Notes under the pieces: model-generated
Told to the model about the DNA's origin: nothing
The model's database searches: none
What the model saw: only the letters and a program-made list of their open reading frames with translations
From: an uncultured Actinomycetota bacterium
Lineage (GTDB): Bacteria > Actinomycetota > Acidimicrobiia > Spongiisociales > UBA4744
Reading direction: 5' to 3'
Length of the DNA stretch: 64,000 nt
Assembly (NCBI GenBank): GCA_963707435.1
Contig: CAVPPF010000007.1
Location: forward strand, 356,900 to 420,899
Made by a program: the position numbers and the translations under genes
Part shown: piece by piece, positions 28,942-39,501 of the stretch
How the letters are laid out: every line of letters begins with the position of its first letter
How positions within the stretch are numbered: the first letter of the stretch is position 1

Positions 28942-29633
28942 GTTCCAACCTCGCACGCCTCCACCGCGACGAGCGCGGTCTCACCCTCACCGAAATGTCG
29001 GTGACCGTCATGGTGATGGGAATCGCCCTCGCAGCACTGTCCTCGCTGCTGCTCGGCTTCTTCGGCAACGTCGAGACACAGCTCGCGTTGAGCGACGCGG
29101 AGCGGGACGTTCGCCCGGTGATTCGAGAGATGGTGGTCGAGATACGTCAGGCCGTGCCGCCGTCCGAGGCTGCCAACGCGCTCCCGGTACTCGAGATGGC
29201 GTGGAACAAGCTGACCTTCTACAGCGACCGGCTACCACTGGACGGTGTCCCCGAGAAGCACAGCTACGAACTGATCAATTGCAGCGACGGGGCCAACGGT
29301 GGAACGTGCGACCTGCAACGAACCGTGATCAAGGCTGATGTCTCGTCGGTGCCGCCGACCTTCACCTTCGCCGACAATACGTTGGATCGTCAGGAAATCG
29401 TTCTGACATCCGTCCTCGCCGACCCCTATCTGGCCGAAGGACCGCTCTTTCACGGTGTGAAGTGGGTTGGAACTCCCTCTGCCCGGACGACCATTGCTTC
29501 TTGCGACGCCGCTACCCGCTGCAAGTTCCCGCTGGTGGTCATCGACTTGCGGGTTGATCCGAGCGTCAAGGAGAACCCGGGCAACTACGAGATCCACGAA
29601 GAAGTGAGGTTGCGAAATGCGCCGGCTTCGTAA
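28938..29633 (+). CDS. prepilin-type minor-pilin-like protein
   Basis: MSSNLARLHRDERG|LTLTEMSVTVMVMGIALAALSSLLLGF is a class III signal peptide (Gly-1, Glu+5). ATGA-coupled to the upstream gene. Confidence 0.55.
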   Translation: MSSNLARLHRDERGLTLTEMSVTVMVMGIALAALSSLLLGFFGNVETQLALSDAERDVRPVIREMVVEIRQAVPPSEAANALPVLEMAWNKLTFYSDRLPLDGVPEKHSYELINCSDGANGGTCDLQRTVIKADVSSVPPTFTFADNTLDRQEIVLTSVLADPYLAEGPLFHGVKWVGTPSARTTIASCDAATRCKFPLVVIDLRVDPSVKENPGNYEIHEEVRLRNAPAS

Positions 29634-31176
29634 CGAATCCGGGTTGGCCCTCGCCACCGTGCTCGTCGCAATTCTGGTACTCACGCTGTTCACCACGCTC
29701 CTGTTGCGTGAAGCAATCACCCAACGCCAGCAGTCGGAGTTTCAGGCTCGCGAGGATGTCGTGGTGGCAGGCGCTGAGGCCATGCTCGAGCGGTACGCCG
29801 CCAAGCTGACCATCGATCCGCTCTACTTCATGCACTGGGTCGATGAGGGCGAACGGGCCAGGGTTTGTCAAACCGCGAGCTCAGCGGGGTTCGGTCAGCC
29901 GGCCGTGCAACCGGGGAACCCGTGGCCGTGGCCCGACTGTGAAGCGTGGACCTACGAGGATCCAGATCGCGACGGGGACGGCAATCCGGACACAGACTGG
30001 TATGTTCACCCAATTCTGGACGGTACGCTCGCTGCTGCGCGCGATGATATCGGCGTTCTCTTGGAGGTGTATCCACCTACCGGCCAGCCGCTCGAAGTCC
30101 TGGTGGTCGGCAAGCGAGGCGATTGGGTGCACCGCCGGGCAATCTCGGCCACCGTCAAAGCCACGTCGCTTTCGGAGTTCTACCGCGTGACGGAGAACGA
30201 CCTGTCGTATGGCTCGAATCGTGAGACCTGGGGCAAGGTCTACTCGGGGGGCGACGTGAGCTACGGGTCGAACGGAAAGGCTCATGCAGACGTGTTCGCT
30301 GAGGGCGACATCACCAACCCACCACAGTGGCTCGACGATGCCGAAGGTTGGGAGGGGACTCCGAGCGGCTCCTACAACGACATCCGCGACGCGTATCCGC
30401 AACCGCTCGACTTCAACGACTTCTGGGACGACCTGGACACACTCAAGTCTGCCGCGTGTTCGGGCGGTGGCCTCTGTTTGGACGACGCCGACGCCGACGG
30501 CTGGCGCATCCACCCGTACGTGACGGCTGCAGGCGAAGGGAAGCTCCGTGTCTGCAAATCGACGACCAACCAGACCGAAACCTGGTGGTGGACCAACGGC
30601 CAATCGTCGCAGTTCAACACGTGCAGTACCGAAGACATCCCTGCGAACGGCACGGTATGGACGAACGAGCATGTGGTCATCGGGGACCGCTCGTTCACGG
30701 GCGGATTCAACGACGATCGCCTCCTCGGCGACGGATTCAGTGAGGCAATCCTGCGCGGCTCGCTCACCATCTACGCGGGAACCGTGACGGACAAGAAGAA
30801 CGTCATTCTCAACGCCGACACCACCTACGACGATCCCAATTCGTTCGACGTCCTCGGCCTGATCGCCTCCGATGAAGTCATCATCAACAGTTACGCAACC
30901 GGTGCAGACAGGAAGTTCTACATCAGCGCCGCCTTGCTCGGCCAGTACGACAAGTGGCGGGCCGAGGGGAACGCCCCTTCGGGATCGACGTTGATCACCA
31001 GTGGTTCCATCGCGACCAGAAGCACAGGATCGATCTCGGGTGAGTTCCCGTACGCTCAATACGGTTTTGACGATCGGATGGAATTCGTCCGGCCACCCTT
31101 CTATCCGCTGCTCGTGAACGACTGGTCCTACCAGGACTGGACCGAGTTGCCGCTCCCGGCCTGGGCAACGCCGTAG
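29617..31176 (+). CDS. PilX-N-terminal-domain-like protein (minor pilin / pilus-associated)
   Basis: MRRLRNESGLALATVLVAILVLTLFTTLLLREAITQRQ fits the PilX_N pattern. It is followed by a 480 aa Cys- and Trp-containing extracellular region and overlaps the upstream gene by 17 nt. Confidence 0.5.
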   Translation: MRRLRNESGLALATVLVAILVLTLFTTLLLREAITQRQQSEFQAREDVVVAGAEAMLERYAAKLTIDPLYFMHWVDEGERARVCQTASSAGFGQPAVQPGNPWPWPDCEAWTYEDPDRDGDGNPDTDWYVHPILDGTLAAARDDIGVLLEVYPPTGQPLEVLVVGKRGDWVHRRAISATVKATSLSEFYRVTENDLSYGSNRETWGKVYSGGDVSYGSNGKAHADVFAEGDITNPPQWLDDAEGWEGTPSGSYNDIRDAYPQPLDFNDFWDDLDTLKSAACSGGGLCLDDADADGWRIHPYVTAAGEGKLRVCKSTTNQTETWWWTNGQSSQFNTCSTEDIPANGTVWTNEHVVIGDRSFTGGFNDDRLLGDGFSEAILRGSLTIYAGTVTDKKNVILNADTTYDDPNSFDVLGLIASDEVIINSYATGADRKFYISAALLGQYDKWRAEGNAPSGSTLITSGSIATRSTGSISGEFPYAQYGFDDRMEFVRPPFYPLLVNDWSYQDWTELPLPAWATP

Positions 31177-31238
31177 CCGCAGCCGGCATCGACCGGAGTT
31201 GAACTACGCTGACGCTGATCCGAATCGGGAAGTATCTC

Positions 31239-31886
31239 TTGCGCATCGCCGGGACCTCGTTGTGGCTCGCCGAAACCAATTGCTGGGTGCTGGCCCCGGA
31301 GGGCGGCGGACCCGGCGTGCTGATCGACGCTCCGCCGGACCCCGACGGAGTCCTGGCGTTGCTGGCAGAGCTGCGAGTAACGCCGGTGGCCCTGCTGCTG
31401 ACGCACGGACATATCGATCACACCGGGGGAGCGGGTGTTGTCGTTGGAACGACGGGAGTCCACGCCTACGTCCATCCCGATGATGACTACCTGACGCTGG
31501 ACCCGCTCGGCCAGTTGCGGATGCTCTTCGGCATGGTTCCGCCCGGCGACTTCTCACCTCCGGCCACCCGGCTGCCGCTCGCCGACGGTGACATCCTTCG
31601 GGTGGCAGGCGCCGAACTGGAGGTCCTCCACACGCCCGGACACACTCCGGGACACTGCTGCTTCCTGCTGCGTTCCGAGGGCGTGCTCTTCTCCGGTGAT
31701 CATCTCTTTGCCGGCTCGATCGGCCGCACCGATCTGCCCGGCGGGGACTACGACACCTTGATGAACAGCATGCGCCGCAAGGTGCTCCCGCTCGACGATG
31801 ACGTGCTCGTATACCCGGGGCACGGTCCGACGACTACGCTGGCCCGCGAACGCTCGACCAATCCTTTCCTCCAAGAGTTGATCTGA
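31239..31886 (+). CDS. MBL-fold metallo-hydrolase (glyoxalase II-like)
   Basis: LLTHGHIDHTGGAG...HTPGHTPGHCCF...GDHLFAGSIGRTDLPGGDYDTL are metallo-beta-lactamase motifs. Confidence 0.8.
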   Translation: MRIAGTSLWLAETNCWVLAPEGGGPGVLIDAPPDPDGVLALLAELRVTPVALLLTHGHIDHTGGAGVVVGTTGVHAYVHPDDDYLTLDPLGQLRMLFGMVPPGDFSPPATRLPLADGDILRVAGAELEVLHTPGHTPGHCCFLLRSEGVLFSGDHLFAGSIGRTDLPGGDYDTLMNSMRRKVLPLDDDVLVYPGHGPTTTLARERSTNPFLQELI

Positions 31887-33113
31887 ATGACCTTGCGCGC
31901 ACCAAAAGGTACCGACGACCTGCTGCCGCCTGCCTCCCACACCTGGCGGCGGCTCCTGCTGTCCTGGGAGGATTGGGCAGCTCGATTCGGGTACGACCTG
32001 GTGCAAACCCCGATCTTCGAAGCGACCGAGGTGTTCGCCAGGGGTGTTGGTGAAGGAACCGAGGTCGTCGAGAAACAGATGTACACCTTCACGGACAAAG
32101 GGGGACGCTCCCTCACGCTCCGTCCGGAGGGCACCGCCCCGGTGGTGCGAGCCTTCCTGGAGGCCGGTGCCGACGGAGTCCTGAAAGGGGCATATTCGGG
32201 CCCGATGTTCCGATACGAGCGCCCCCAGGCCGGACGACGGCGGCAGTTCTATCAGGTCGGGGTTGAGTACCTGGGTCCCCGGGCGGCGGCAACCGACGCA
32301 GAAGTCATCGAGCTGGGGTACCGGTACCTGACCGATGCCGGTGTGCCCGGCTTGAGCGTGGAAGTCAACTCCATTGGGGATTCGGAATGCCGTCCTGCCT
32401 ACCTCGAGAAGCTCGCGGGCTATCTCGAGACCCGCCGCGACGTGCTCTGTGACGACAGTCTGCGACGCCTCGAGACAAACCCGATGCGGGTCCTCGATTG
32501 CAAGGTCTGCGCCCCGAAGCTCACCGATGCACCGTCGCCGGTCGACCACCTGTGCGAGGACTGCGCCGCGCATCACGACCAGGTACTCGCCACGCTCGGC
32601 CGGCTGGAGGTGCCGTTCCGGCGGGCCCCCAGGCTGGTCAGAGGGCTCGACTATTACGAGCGCACCGCCTTCGAGTATGTGGCGATGGATCTCGACGCAG
32701 CGCAGAATGCTGTGGGCGGCGGAGGCCGCTACGACGGGCTGGCCGAGTTGTTGGGCGGCAAACGGGTGCCCGGGGTTGGTTTCGCGCTCGGGTTGGAGCG
32801 AATCGTGCTGGCACTGGGGGACGTGGACGAGCCCGGCCCGCTCGATCTCTATGTAGTCGTCGCCGCAGGCCGGCGCACCGATGCAGTGCGTCTGGTTTCC
32901 GAGCTTCGCCTCCTGGGGCTCCGGGTGGACCTCGACGCAGACGACCGATCGGTCAAGGCCCAGTTTCGGGCGGCCGATCGCCGGGGTGCATCGGGAGCAC
33001 TCGTGATCGGCGATGAGTGGACCGACGGGCAGGTCGTCGCGAAGGACCTCACCACCGGTGCGCAAGTGGTCATACCGATTGAGGAGGTTGAAGCATGGGC
33101 ACGAGGGCTGTAG
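31887..33113 (+). CDS. hisS: histidine--tRNA ligase
   Basis: KGTDDLLP..FRYERPQAGRRRQFYQVGVE..GGGRYDGL are class II aaRS HisS motifs. Confidence 0.92.
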   Translation: MTLRAPKGTDDLLPPASHTWRRLLLSWEDWAARFGYDLVQTPIFEATEVFARGVGEGTEVVEKQMYTFTDKGGRSLTLRPEGTAPVVRAFLEAGADGVLKGAYSGPMFRYERPQAGRRRQFYQVGVEYLGPRAAATDAEVIELGYRYLTDAGVPGLSVEVNSIGDSECRPAYLEKLAGYLETRRDVLCDDSLRRLETNPMRVLDCKVCAPKLTDAPSPVDHLCEDCAAHHDQVLATLGRLEVPFRRAPRLVRGLDYYERTAFEYVAMDLDAAQNAVGGGGRYDGLAELLGGKRVPGVGFALGLERIVLALGDVDEPGPLDLYVVVAAGRRTDAVRLVSELRLLGLRVDLDADDRSVKAQFRAADRRGASGALVIGDEWTDGQVVAKDLTTGAQVVIPIEEVEAWARGL

Positions 33114-34888
33114 AGGGCGATCGGCCCTATCGGACTGCGTACGCCGCCGACCTTTCCGAGGCGAGGGCGGGCCAACGGGTGCGCCTGGCCGGTTGGGTGG
33201 CAAGACGCCGCGATCAGGGTGGTGTCTACTTCTTCGACCTCCGCGATGCTTCCGGAGTGGTGCAGGTGCTCATCGACCCGGCCGAGGTTCCGGATGCCCG
33301 TGATTTGAGGATGGAGTTCTGCATCACCGTGGAAGGCACGGTGCGGCTCCGCCCGGAGGGTATGGAGAACCCGGAAATGGCGACCGGTCGAGTTGAGCTC
33401 TCAGCCGATCACCTCGAGGTCCTGAGCCGGTCCGAGCCGCTTCCGTTCATCATCGACGATCGTGGCGAGGCGGACGAGCGGCTCCGCCTGGAGTACCGCT
33501 ACCTGGACCTCCGGCGACCGCGCATGGCGAAGAATCTCCGGGCCCGGTCCCTGGCGGCCGCGACCATGCGGAGCGTCCTGCACGAACGTGGCTTTCTGGA
33601 GGTGGAGACCCCGACGCTGATTCGCTCCACGCCGGAGGGCGCCCGCGACATGCTGGTACCGAGCAGGCTCCGGCGCGGCGACTTCTATGCGTTGCCACAA
33701 TCTCCGCAGCTCTTCAAACAGCTGCTCATGGTTGGTGGCGTCGACCGGTACTACCAGATCGCCCGGTGTTACCGCGACGAGGACTTCCGCAGCGACCGCC
33801 AGCTGGAGTTCACCCAGCTGGACGTCGAGGGATCGTTCTGGGGCCGGGAAGGGGTCTTCGAGACATTCGAAGCCGTCGTACGCGCCGTCGTCAAACGCCT
33901 GAGGGGCATCGACCTGGACCTGCCGTTCCCACGGCTGACCTACGCAGAAGCCATGCTCCGGTATGGGACGGACAAGCCGGACACCCGTTTCGGCATGCAG
34001 ATCGCCGATCTCTCCACCGTTTTCGCCCACACGGAGTTTCGCGCATTCTCCGCCACACTCGAAGCCGGGGGTGTGATTCGCGGGCTGAATGGCGGACACC
34101 GGGAGATGTCCCGGTCGCAGCTCGACGGGTTGGCCACCAGGGCGAAAGAGCTGGGCGCCAAAGGGCTGGTGTCTGCCTTCGTCGAGGATGGGGGAACGCT
34201 GCGGTCACCCACCGCCAAGTTTCTGTCGGAGGCGGAGACTGCGGCCATCATCGATCAGCTGGCCGGCCATCCCGGCGATCTCCTCCTCCTGGTCGCCGAC
34301 ACGGCTCCGGTCGCCGCACAGGTTCTCGGGCAGTTTCGCCTCCAGCTCGGCAAACCTGCCGACCACGACGAGCTGAGCTTTCTCTGGGTGATCGACTTCC
34401 CCGTATTCGACGAGGTGGAGGGTGGAGGCCTGGCTCCCTCCCACCATCCGTTCACAGCTCCCGTCGACCTGATCGAGATGCGCGAACGGCCGCGAACGGC
34501 GATCGCCAAGGCCTACGATCTCGTGTTGAACGGGAGCGAGCTGGGGTCCGGCTCCGTCAGGATCCACGATCCCGAGGTTCAGCGGGAGGTCTTCGAGATC
34601 CTCGGAATCTCGGCCGAGGAAGCCGAGCGTCGTTTCGGCTGGTTCATCAAAGCTCTGCGGTTCGGGACCCCTCCGCACGCCGGGTTCGCTCTCGGGGTAG
34701 ACCGCTTCCTGGCCATCCTGCAACAGGAGACGAGTATCCGCGATGTCATACCCTTCCCGAAGACCCAGACGGGCGTCGATCCGATGACCGGCTCGCCGAC
34801 CGCAGTGGACGCAACTCAACTGGCCGAGCTGGGCATCGAGCTGCGGGTCGGCCTTGATCCGGAGGATCCGGATCCGGAAGATGGATGA
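33095..34888 (+). CDS. aspS: aspartate--tRNA ligase
   Basis: GWVARRRDQGGVYFFDLRD (anticodon-binding OB), ..FQIARCYRDEDFRSDRQLEFTQLD.., GSVRIHD. Confidence 0.92.
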   Translation: MGTRAVEGDRPYRTAYAADLSEARAGQRVRLAGWVARRRDQGGVYFFDLRDASGVVQVLIDPAEVPDARDLRMEFCITVEGTVRLRPEGMENPEMATGRVELSADHLEVLSRSEPLPFIIDDRGEADERLRLEYRYLDLRRPRMAKNLRARSLAAATMRSVLHERGFLEVETPTLIRSTPEGARDMLVPSRLRRGDFYALPQSPQLFKQLLMVGGVDRYYQIARCYRDEDFRSDRQLEFTQLDVEGSFWGREGVFETFEAVVRAVVKRLRGIDLDLPFPRLTYAEAMLRYGTDKPDTRFGMQIADLSTVFAHTEFRAFSATLEAGGVIRGLNGGHREMSRSQLDGLATRAKELGAKGLVSAFVEDGGTLRSPTAKFLSEAETAAIIDQLAGHPGDLLLLVADTAPVAAQVLGQFRLQLGKPADHDELSFLWVIDFPVFDEVEGGGLAPSHHPFTAPVDLIEMRERPRTAIAKAYDLVLNGSELGSGSVRIHDPEVQREVFEILGISAEEAERRFGWFIKALRFGTPPHAGFALGVDRFLAILQQETSIRDVIPFPKTQTGVDPMTGSPTAVDATQLAELGIELRVGLDPEDPDPEDG

Positions 34889-36215
34889 CCTGTTCGCCGC
34901 CCACCGCGAGGCCCGACAGGCGGAGATTGCGCCCCTCGCCACCCGCATGCGGCCGCAAACGCTCGATGAGATCGCCGGGCAGGCTCACCTCGTAGCGCCG
35001 GGGTCTGCGTTTCGCACCATGGTCGAAGCCGGCCGGCCGGTATCGATGATCCTGTGGGGACCGCCCGGCACCGGCAAGACCACGCTGGCCCGTCTGGTGG
35101 CCGCTCAATCGGAAGCTCACTTCGTTCAACTCTCGGCGACCTCCGCGGGTGTCAAGGATGTCCGCGACGTTCTTGCCGGAGCCCGCCGTCGGCTGGGTGA
35201 GGAAGATCGGCGCACCGTTCTCTTCCTCGACGAGATTCACCGATTCAGCAAGTCGCAGCAGGACGCGCTGCTCCCGGGGGTCGAGGATGGAACCCTGGTC
35301 CTGGTCGGAGCGACGACCGAGAACCCCTTCTTCGAGGTCAATTCGCCGCTCATCTCACGCTCGACGCTGTTTCGCCTGGAAGGACTCACCGTGGAAGATG
35401 TTGGCAGTCTCATCGACCGCGCACTTGCCGACCCGGTACGGGGTCTCGGGTCGTTCCAACTGTCTCTCGACGACCGGGCCCGCACGGCCCTCGCCGAGCG
35501 CTGTGGGGGAGATGCGCGCCTGGCACTGAACGCTCTCGAGATGGCGGCCTTTCTGGCCCGCTCCGCCGACGACGAGATCACCTTCGAACATGTTGAGGAA
35601 GCGCTGCAGCGGCGCATCGTCCGCTACGACAAAGCGGGGGACGAGCACTACGACGTGATATCCGCCTTCATCAAGAGTATGCGCGGCTCCGACCCCGACG
35701 CATCGCTGTACTGGCTGCACACCATGATCGAGGCGGGCGAAGACCCGGAGTTCATCGTCAGAAGGATGATCGTGTTTGCCTCTGAGGACATCGGCTTGGC
35801 GGATTCGCAGGCGCTGGTCGTCACCGTGGCTTCCGGTCAAGCCCTGGCGTACGTTGGCCTCCCGGAGGCGGCATATGCCCTCAGCCAGGCGGCCCTGTAC
35901 CTCGCCACCGCACCCAAGTCCGACTCGGTGAAGCGAGCCATGGGAGCCGCCCGGCAAGCGGTCGGGGAGGCGCACCAGGCCCGGGTGCCGATGCCTCTCC
36001 GCTCGAGTGGCTACCAGGGCGCGGCGCTGCTGGGTCACGGGGACGGATACCGGTACCCGCACGATTACCCGGAGCACCTGGTCGCCCAGCAGTACCTGCC
36101 GGACGAGTTGATCGGTTCGATCCTGTTCCGTCCCACCGGACAAGGCGACGAGGCAGACCTGCTCGAACGGGTACGAAGGTCGGACGAGGTGCTCGGGAAA
36201 CCGGCCCGGGACTGA
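34881..36215 (+). CDS. rarA: replication-associated recombination protein A (AAA ATPase)
   Basis: RPQTLDEIAGQAHL..ILWGPPGTGKTTLARL..LFLDEIHRFSKSQQDALLP; MgsA C-terminal domain. Start at MDDLF overlapping the aspS stop; the 9-codon extension is rejected. Confidence 0.88.
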   Translation: MDDLFAAHREARQAEIAPLATRMRPQTLDEIAGQAHLVAPGSAFRTMVEAGRPVSMILWGPPGTGKTTLARLVAAQSEAHFVQLSATSAGVKDVRDVLAGARRRLGEEDRRTVLFLDEIHRFSKSQQDALLPGVEDGTLVLVGATTENPFFEVNSPLISRSTLFRLEGLTVEDVGSLIDRALADPVRGLGSFQLSLDDRARTALAERCGGDARLALNALEMAAFLARSADDEITFEHVEEALQRRIVRYDKAGDEHYDVISAFIKSMRGSDPDASLYWLHTMIEAGEDPEFIVRRMIVFASEDIGLADSQALVVTVASGQALAYVGLPEAAYALSQAALYLATAPKSDSVKRAMGAARQAVGEAHQARVPMPLRSSGYQGAALLGHGDGYRYPHDYPEHLVAQQYLPDELIGSILFRPTGQGDEADLLERVRRSDEVLGKPARD

Positions 36216-36244
36216 CGCGCCCTCCGGTTGGCTACGCTGTCTCC

Positions 36245-36439
36245 ATGTTCAAGCGCACGCTGTGGTTCCTGATCGGGGCAGCTGCCGGCGTCGGCGGGTC
36301 GGCCTGGGCGATGGCAATGGTCTCACGGGCCCGGGAAGCCCTGACGCCCGCCAATCTGCGCCGCACGGCGGTGCTTTCGGTTGCGGACGCTCTCGAAGGG
36401 GCAGGCAGCAGGTTGCGGTCTCCAAACGGTCAGGGCTGA
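36245..36439 (+). CDS. hypothetical small membrane protein
   Basis: A 64 aa ORF with one TM helix (LWFLIGAAAGVGGSAWAMAMV) in the rarA-alaS spacer. No family recognised; it could equally be non-coding. Confidence 0.25.
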   Translation: MFKRTLWFLIGAAAGVGGSAWAMAMVSRAREALTPANLRRTAVLSVADALEGAGSRLRSPNGQG

Positions 36440-36468
36440 GGCTCCCGGCCCACTAACCTGTTGCTCCC

Positions 36469-39091
36469 ATGGATTCCAATCAGCTCCGATCGACCTTTCT
36501 GAAGTTCTTCGAAGCACGCTCTCACACCGTGCGGCCGTCTTCGTCGCTGATACCCGTCGACCCGACGCTGCTGCTGAACAACGCCGGCATGGTGCCGTTC
36601 AAGCCCTACTTCCTGGGCGAGGAACAGCCGCCCTGGTTGCGAGCCGTCTCGTCGCAGAAGTGTGTTCGAACCGTCGATATCGACATCATCGGGACCACCG
36701 CTCGCCACGCCAGCTTCTTCGAGATGCTCGGCAACTTCAGCTTCGGCGACTACTTCAAGGAAGACGCTATTCCGTGGGCCTACGAGCTGGTGACGGAGGC
36801 GTTCGGCATCGACCCCGAGTTCCTGTGGTTCACCGTTCACGAGACGGATGACGAGGCCGCCGAAATCTGGCTCGACAAGGTCGGCGTCGAGCCTCACCGG
36901 TTGCAGCGGCGCGGTCACGACAACTTCTGGCAGATGGGCGTGCCGGGACCCTGCGGACCCAGCTCGGAGATCTTCTTCGACCGTGGCTCCGCCTACGGGC
37001 CCGACGGGGGACCGGTCGTTGATGAGGAGCGGTTCGTCGAGATCTGGAATCTCGTGTTCATGCAGAACATCCAGGACGAGCCCTACCACGTCGTGGGAGA
37101 TCTCCCGGCGAAGAGCATCGACACGGGAATGGGCCTCGAGCGCATGGCCACCGTCATGCAAGGGGCAGCAACCATCTTTGATATCGACGTCGTGCGGCAT
37201 GTCCTCGACACGGCCGCCCGATCGGCCGGAGTGGCCTACGGCGAAGACCCCATGGTGGACGTGTCGTTGCGGGTCCTGGCCGACCACGGACGGGCGATGA
37301 CGTTCCTCATCGGCGACGGCGTGGTCCCTTCGAACGACGGGCGCGGATACGTGCTCCGCCGCATCCTGCGCCGGGCCGTCCGGCACGCCTGGAGATTGGG
37401 CGGCGAAGGTTTGATCACGCCCAAACTGGTTCAGGCCACGGTCGACGTCATGAGCCCCGGGTATCCGGAATTGCTGGATCAGCAGGGCTTCATCACCGAT
37501 GTTGTGACCCGGGAGGAGGCACGCTTCCGTCAGACGCTGCGGTCCGGGCACACCCTGCTCGAAACCGAACTGGAATCGATCGCCGAGGGTGAGCCCCTTT
37601 CCGGTGACACAACGTTCAAACTGCACGATACGTTTGGATTCCCGGTCGAACTGACCAAGGAAATCGCTGCGGAGCGCGGTGTGGAGATCGACCTGGGAGC
37701 GTTCGAGGCCGCCATGGATGAGCAGCGTAGGAAAGCCCGGGCTGCCTGGAAAGGTGGCGAGGACGCGGCGAGCTGCCGATGCCTACCGGATCCTGCTGGA
37801 TGACATCGGCCCGACCGAGTTCCTCGGGTACACGCACGAGGCCAGCCAGAGCAGGGTGCTCTCGCTCCTCAGGGAGGGAGAGGTCATCGACCGCGCCGAG
37901 GAAGGCCAGGAGGTGGAGGTCTTCCTCGATCGGACGCCGTTCTACGCGGAGGCGGGTGGCCAGGTCGGCGATACCGGTCTGATCGAGACCGATACCGGCC
38001 GCCTCACGGTCAGGGACACCCAGGCCGGCGTACCCGGTCTCAACGGCCATCGCGCGGTGGTGGCAAGCGGCTTCGTGCAGGTCGGGCAAGACGCTCAGGC
38101 CAGGATCGATTCGCCGCGCCGGGAGGGCATCCGCAAGAGCCACACCGGAACGCACGTCCTGCACTGGGCCCTCCGCAAGGTCCTCGGTACCCACGTTCAG
38201 CAGGCCGGTTCGCTCGTCCAGAACGGTCGTTTGCGATTCGATTTCAGCCATTTTGGAGGCCTGGAGGAGGACGAATTCTCCGAGGTCGAGCGACTGGCGA
38301 ATGAACGGGTCATCGCCAACGCGGGCGTGCGAGCATTTGAAACCAGCAAAGACGAGGCGCAGGCGCTGGGAGCACTGGCCTTCTTCGGCGACAAGTACGG
38401 CGAGGTTGTGCGGGTCGTCGAGATCGGCGACTACTCGAAGGAGCTGTGCGGTGGCACGCATACTCCTTCGGTCGGCCAGGTTGGTCCGCTCGTAGTCATG
38501 GGCGAATCCTCCATCGGATCGAATCTCCGGCGCATCGAGGCCTACTCCGGCGAGCACGCCTACCAGTACCTGACCGGACTCCGGAGACGTTTGACCGACA
38601 CCGGCCACCTGTTGCGTGCCCAGCCCGACGAGGTGCCCGCCCGGGTCGCCGCCCTCATGAAGCGGGCCAAAGAGCTCGAAGAGGAACTGGCCGCAATCGG
38701 ACAACGATCGCGAGCAGAAGCAGCCGTCGAAATCGCCGCGAACGCCGGAACGATCGGCGAGGCCAAGTGGGCGGTAGCCGGCGTCGGTGAGATGCCGCCC
38801 GACCAATTGCGGGTGCTCGCCCTGCAAGTCCGCGACCGCCTCGGTCGCAGTGTGGTCGTGCTCGGAAGCACCAATGAAGGCAAGGGTGCCCTGCTGGCTG
38901 CGGTGTCCGCCGACCTGGTTGCTGCCGGGTTGTCCGCAGCCGAAATCATTCTTCCCGCCGCCAGGATCCTCGGAGGGGGAGGCAGCCGGGATCCCGAGCT
39001 TGCGCAGGCCGGCGGGCCTCGCGGGGACCGGCTGGAGGAAGCTCTCGACGCTGCCAGGGAAGCCGCCGCAAGCGCCCTGACGGAGGTGTGA
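36469..39091 (+). pseudogene. alaS: alanine--tRNA ligase, reading frame broken by an apparent +1 frameshift near 37771
   Basis: ORF 36469..37803 is a complete AlaS N-terminal catalytic half (..FFEMLGNFSFGDYFK.., ..DTGMGLERM..) ending ..RKARAAWKGGEDAASCRCLPDPAG*. ORF 37679..39091 in the +1 frame is the C-terminal half (..AADAYRILLDDIGPTEFLGY.., HTGTHVLHWAL zinc motif, ..CGGTHTPSVGQVGP..). Removing one base around gcggcgAgctgcc (about 37771) joins them as ..GGEDAA-AADAYRIL... Confidence 0.85.
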
Positions 39092-39501
39092 TTCTGGGTC
39101 GTGTCATGGGGCTCGATTACGGCACGCGACGCATCGGCGTTGCCCTCTCCGACGCATTGCAGCTGACCGCCCAGCCGTTCGCCGTCCTCGATACATCCTC
39201 GGGGCGGCTCCGGTCGGAACTGCTCGGCCTGGTGGAGGACAACGACGTCGAGTTGGTCGTCGTCGGACTTCCGGTCGGCCTGTCCGGCAGCGAAACCGAG
39301 TCGACCGCGGGAGCCCGGAAATTGGCCGCCCGGGTCGGGGAGATCACCGGGCTGCCGGTCGAGATGGCCGACGAACGTTTCACCACCCGGACCGCCGAGC
39401 AAGTCCTGATCGGTGCCAACGTGCGCAGGCAGCGGCGCAAGCAAGTCGTCGACAAGGTGGCCGCGGCGGTCATGCTGCAGCACTACCTGGACGGTCGCTG
39501 A
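39088..39501 (+). CDS. ruvX: Holliday junction resolvase-like / pre-16S rRNA nuclease YqgF
   Basis: GLDYGTRRIGVALSD...VVVGLP are RNase H-fold YqgF motifs. GTG overlaps the alaS stop; the alternative ATG is at 39106. Confidence 0.8.
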   Translation: MILGRVMGLDYGTRRIGVALSDALQLTAQPFAVLDTSSGRLRSELLGLVEDNDVELVVVGLPVGLSGSETESTAGARKLAARVGEITGLPVEMADERFTTRTAEQVLIGANVRRQRRKQVVDKVAAAVMLQHYLDGR

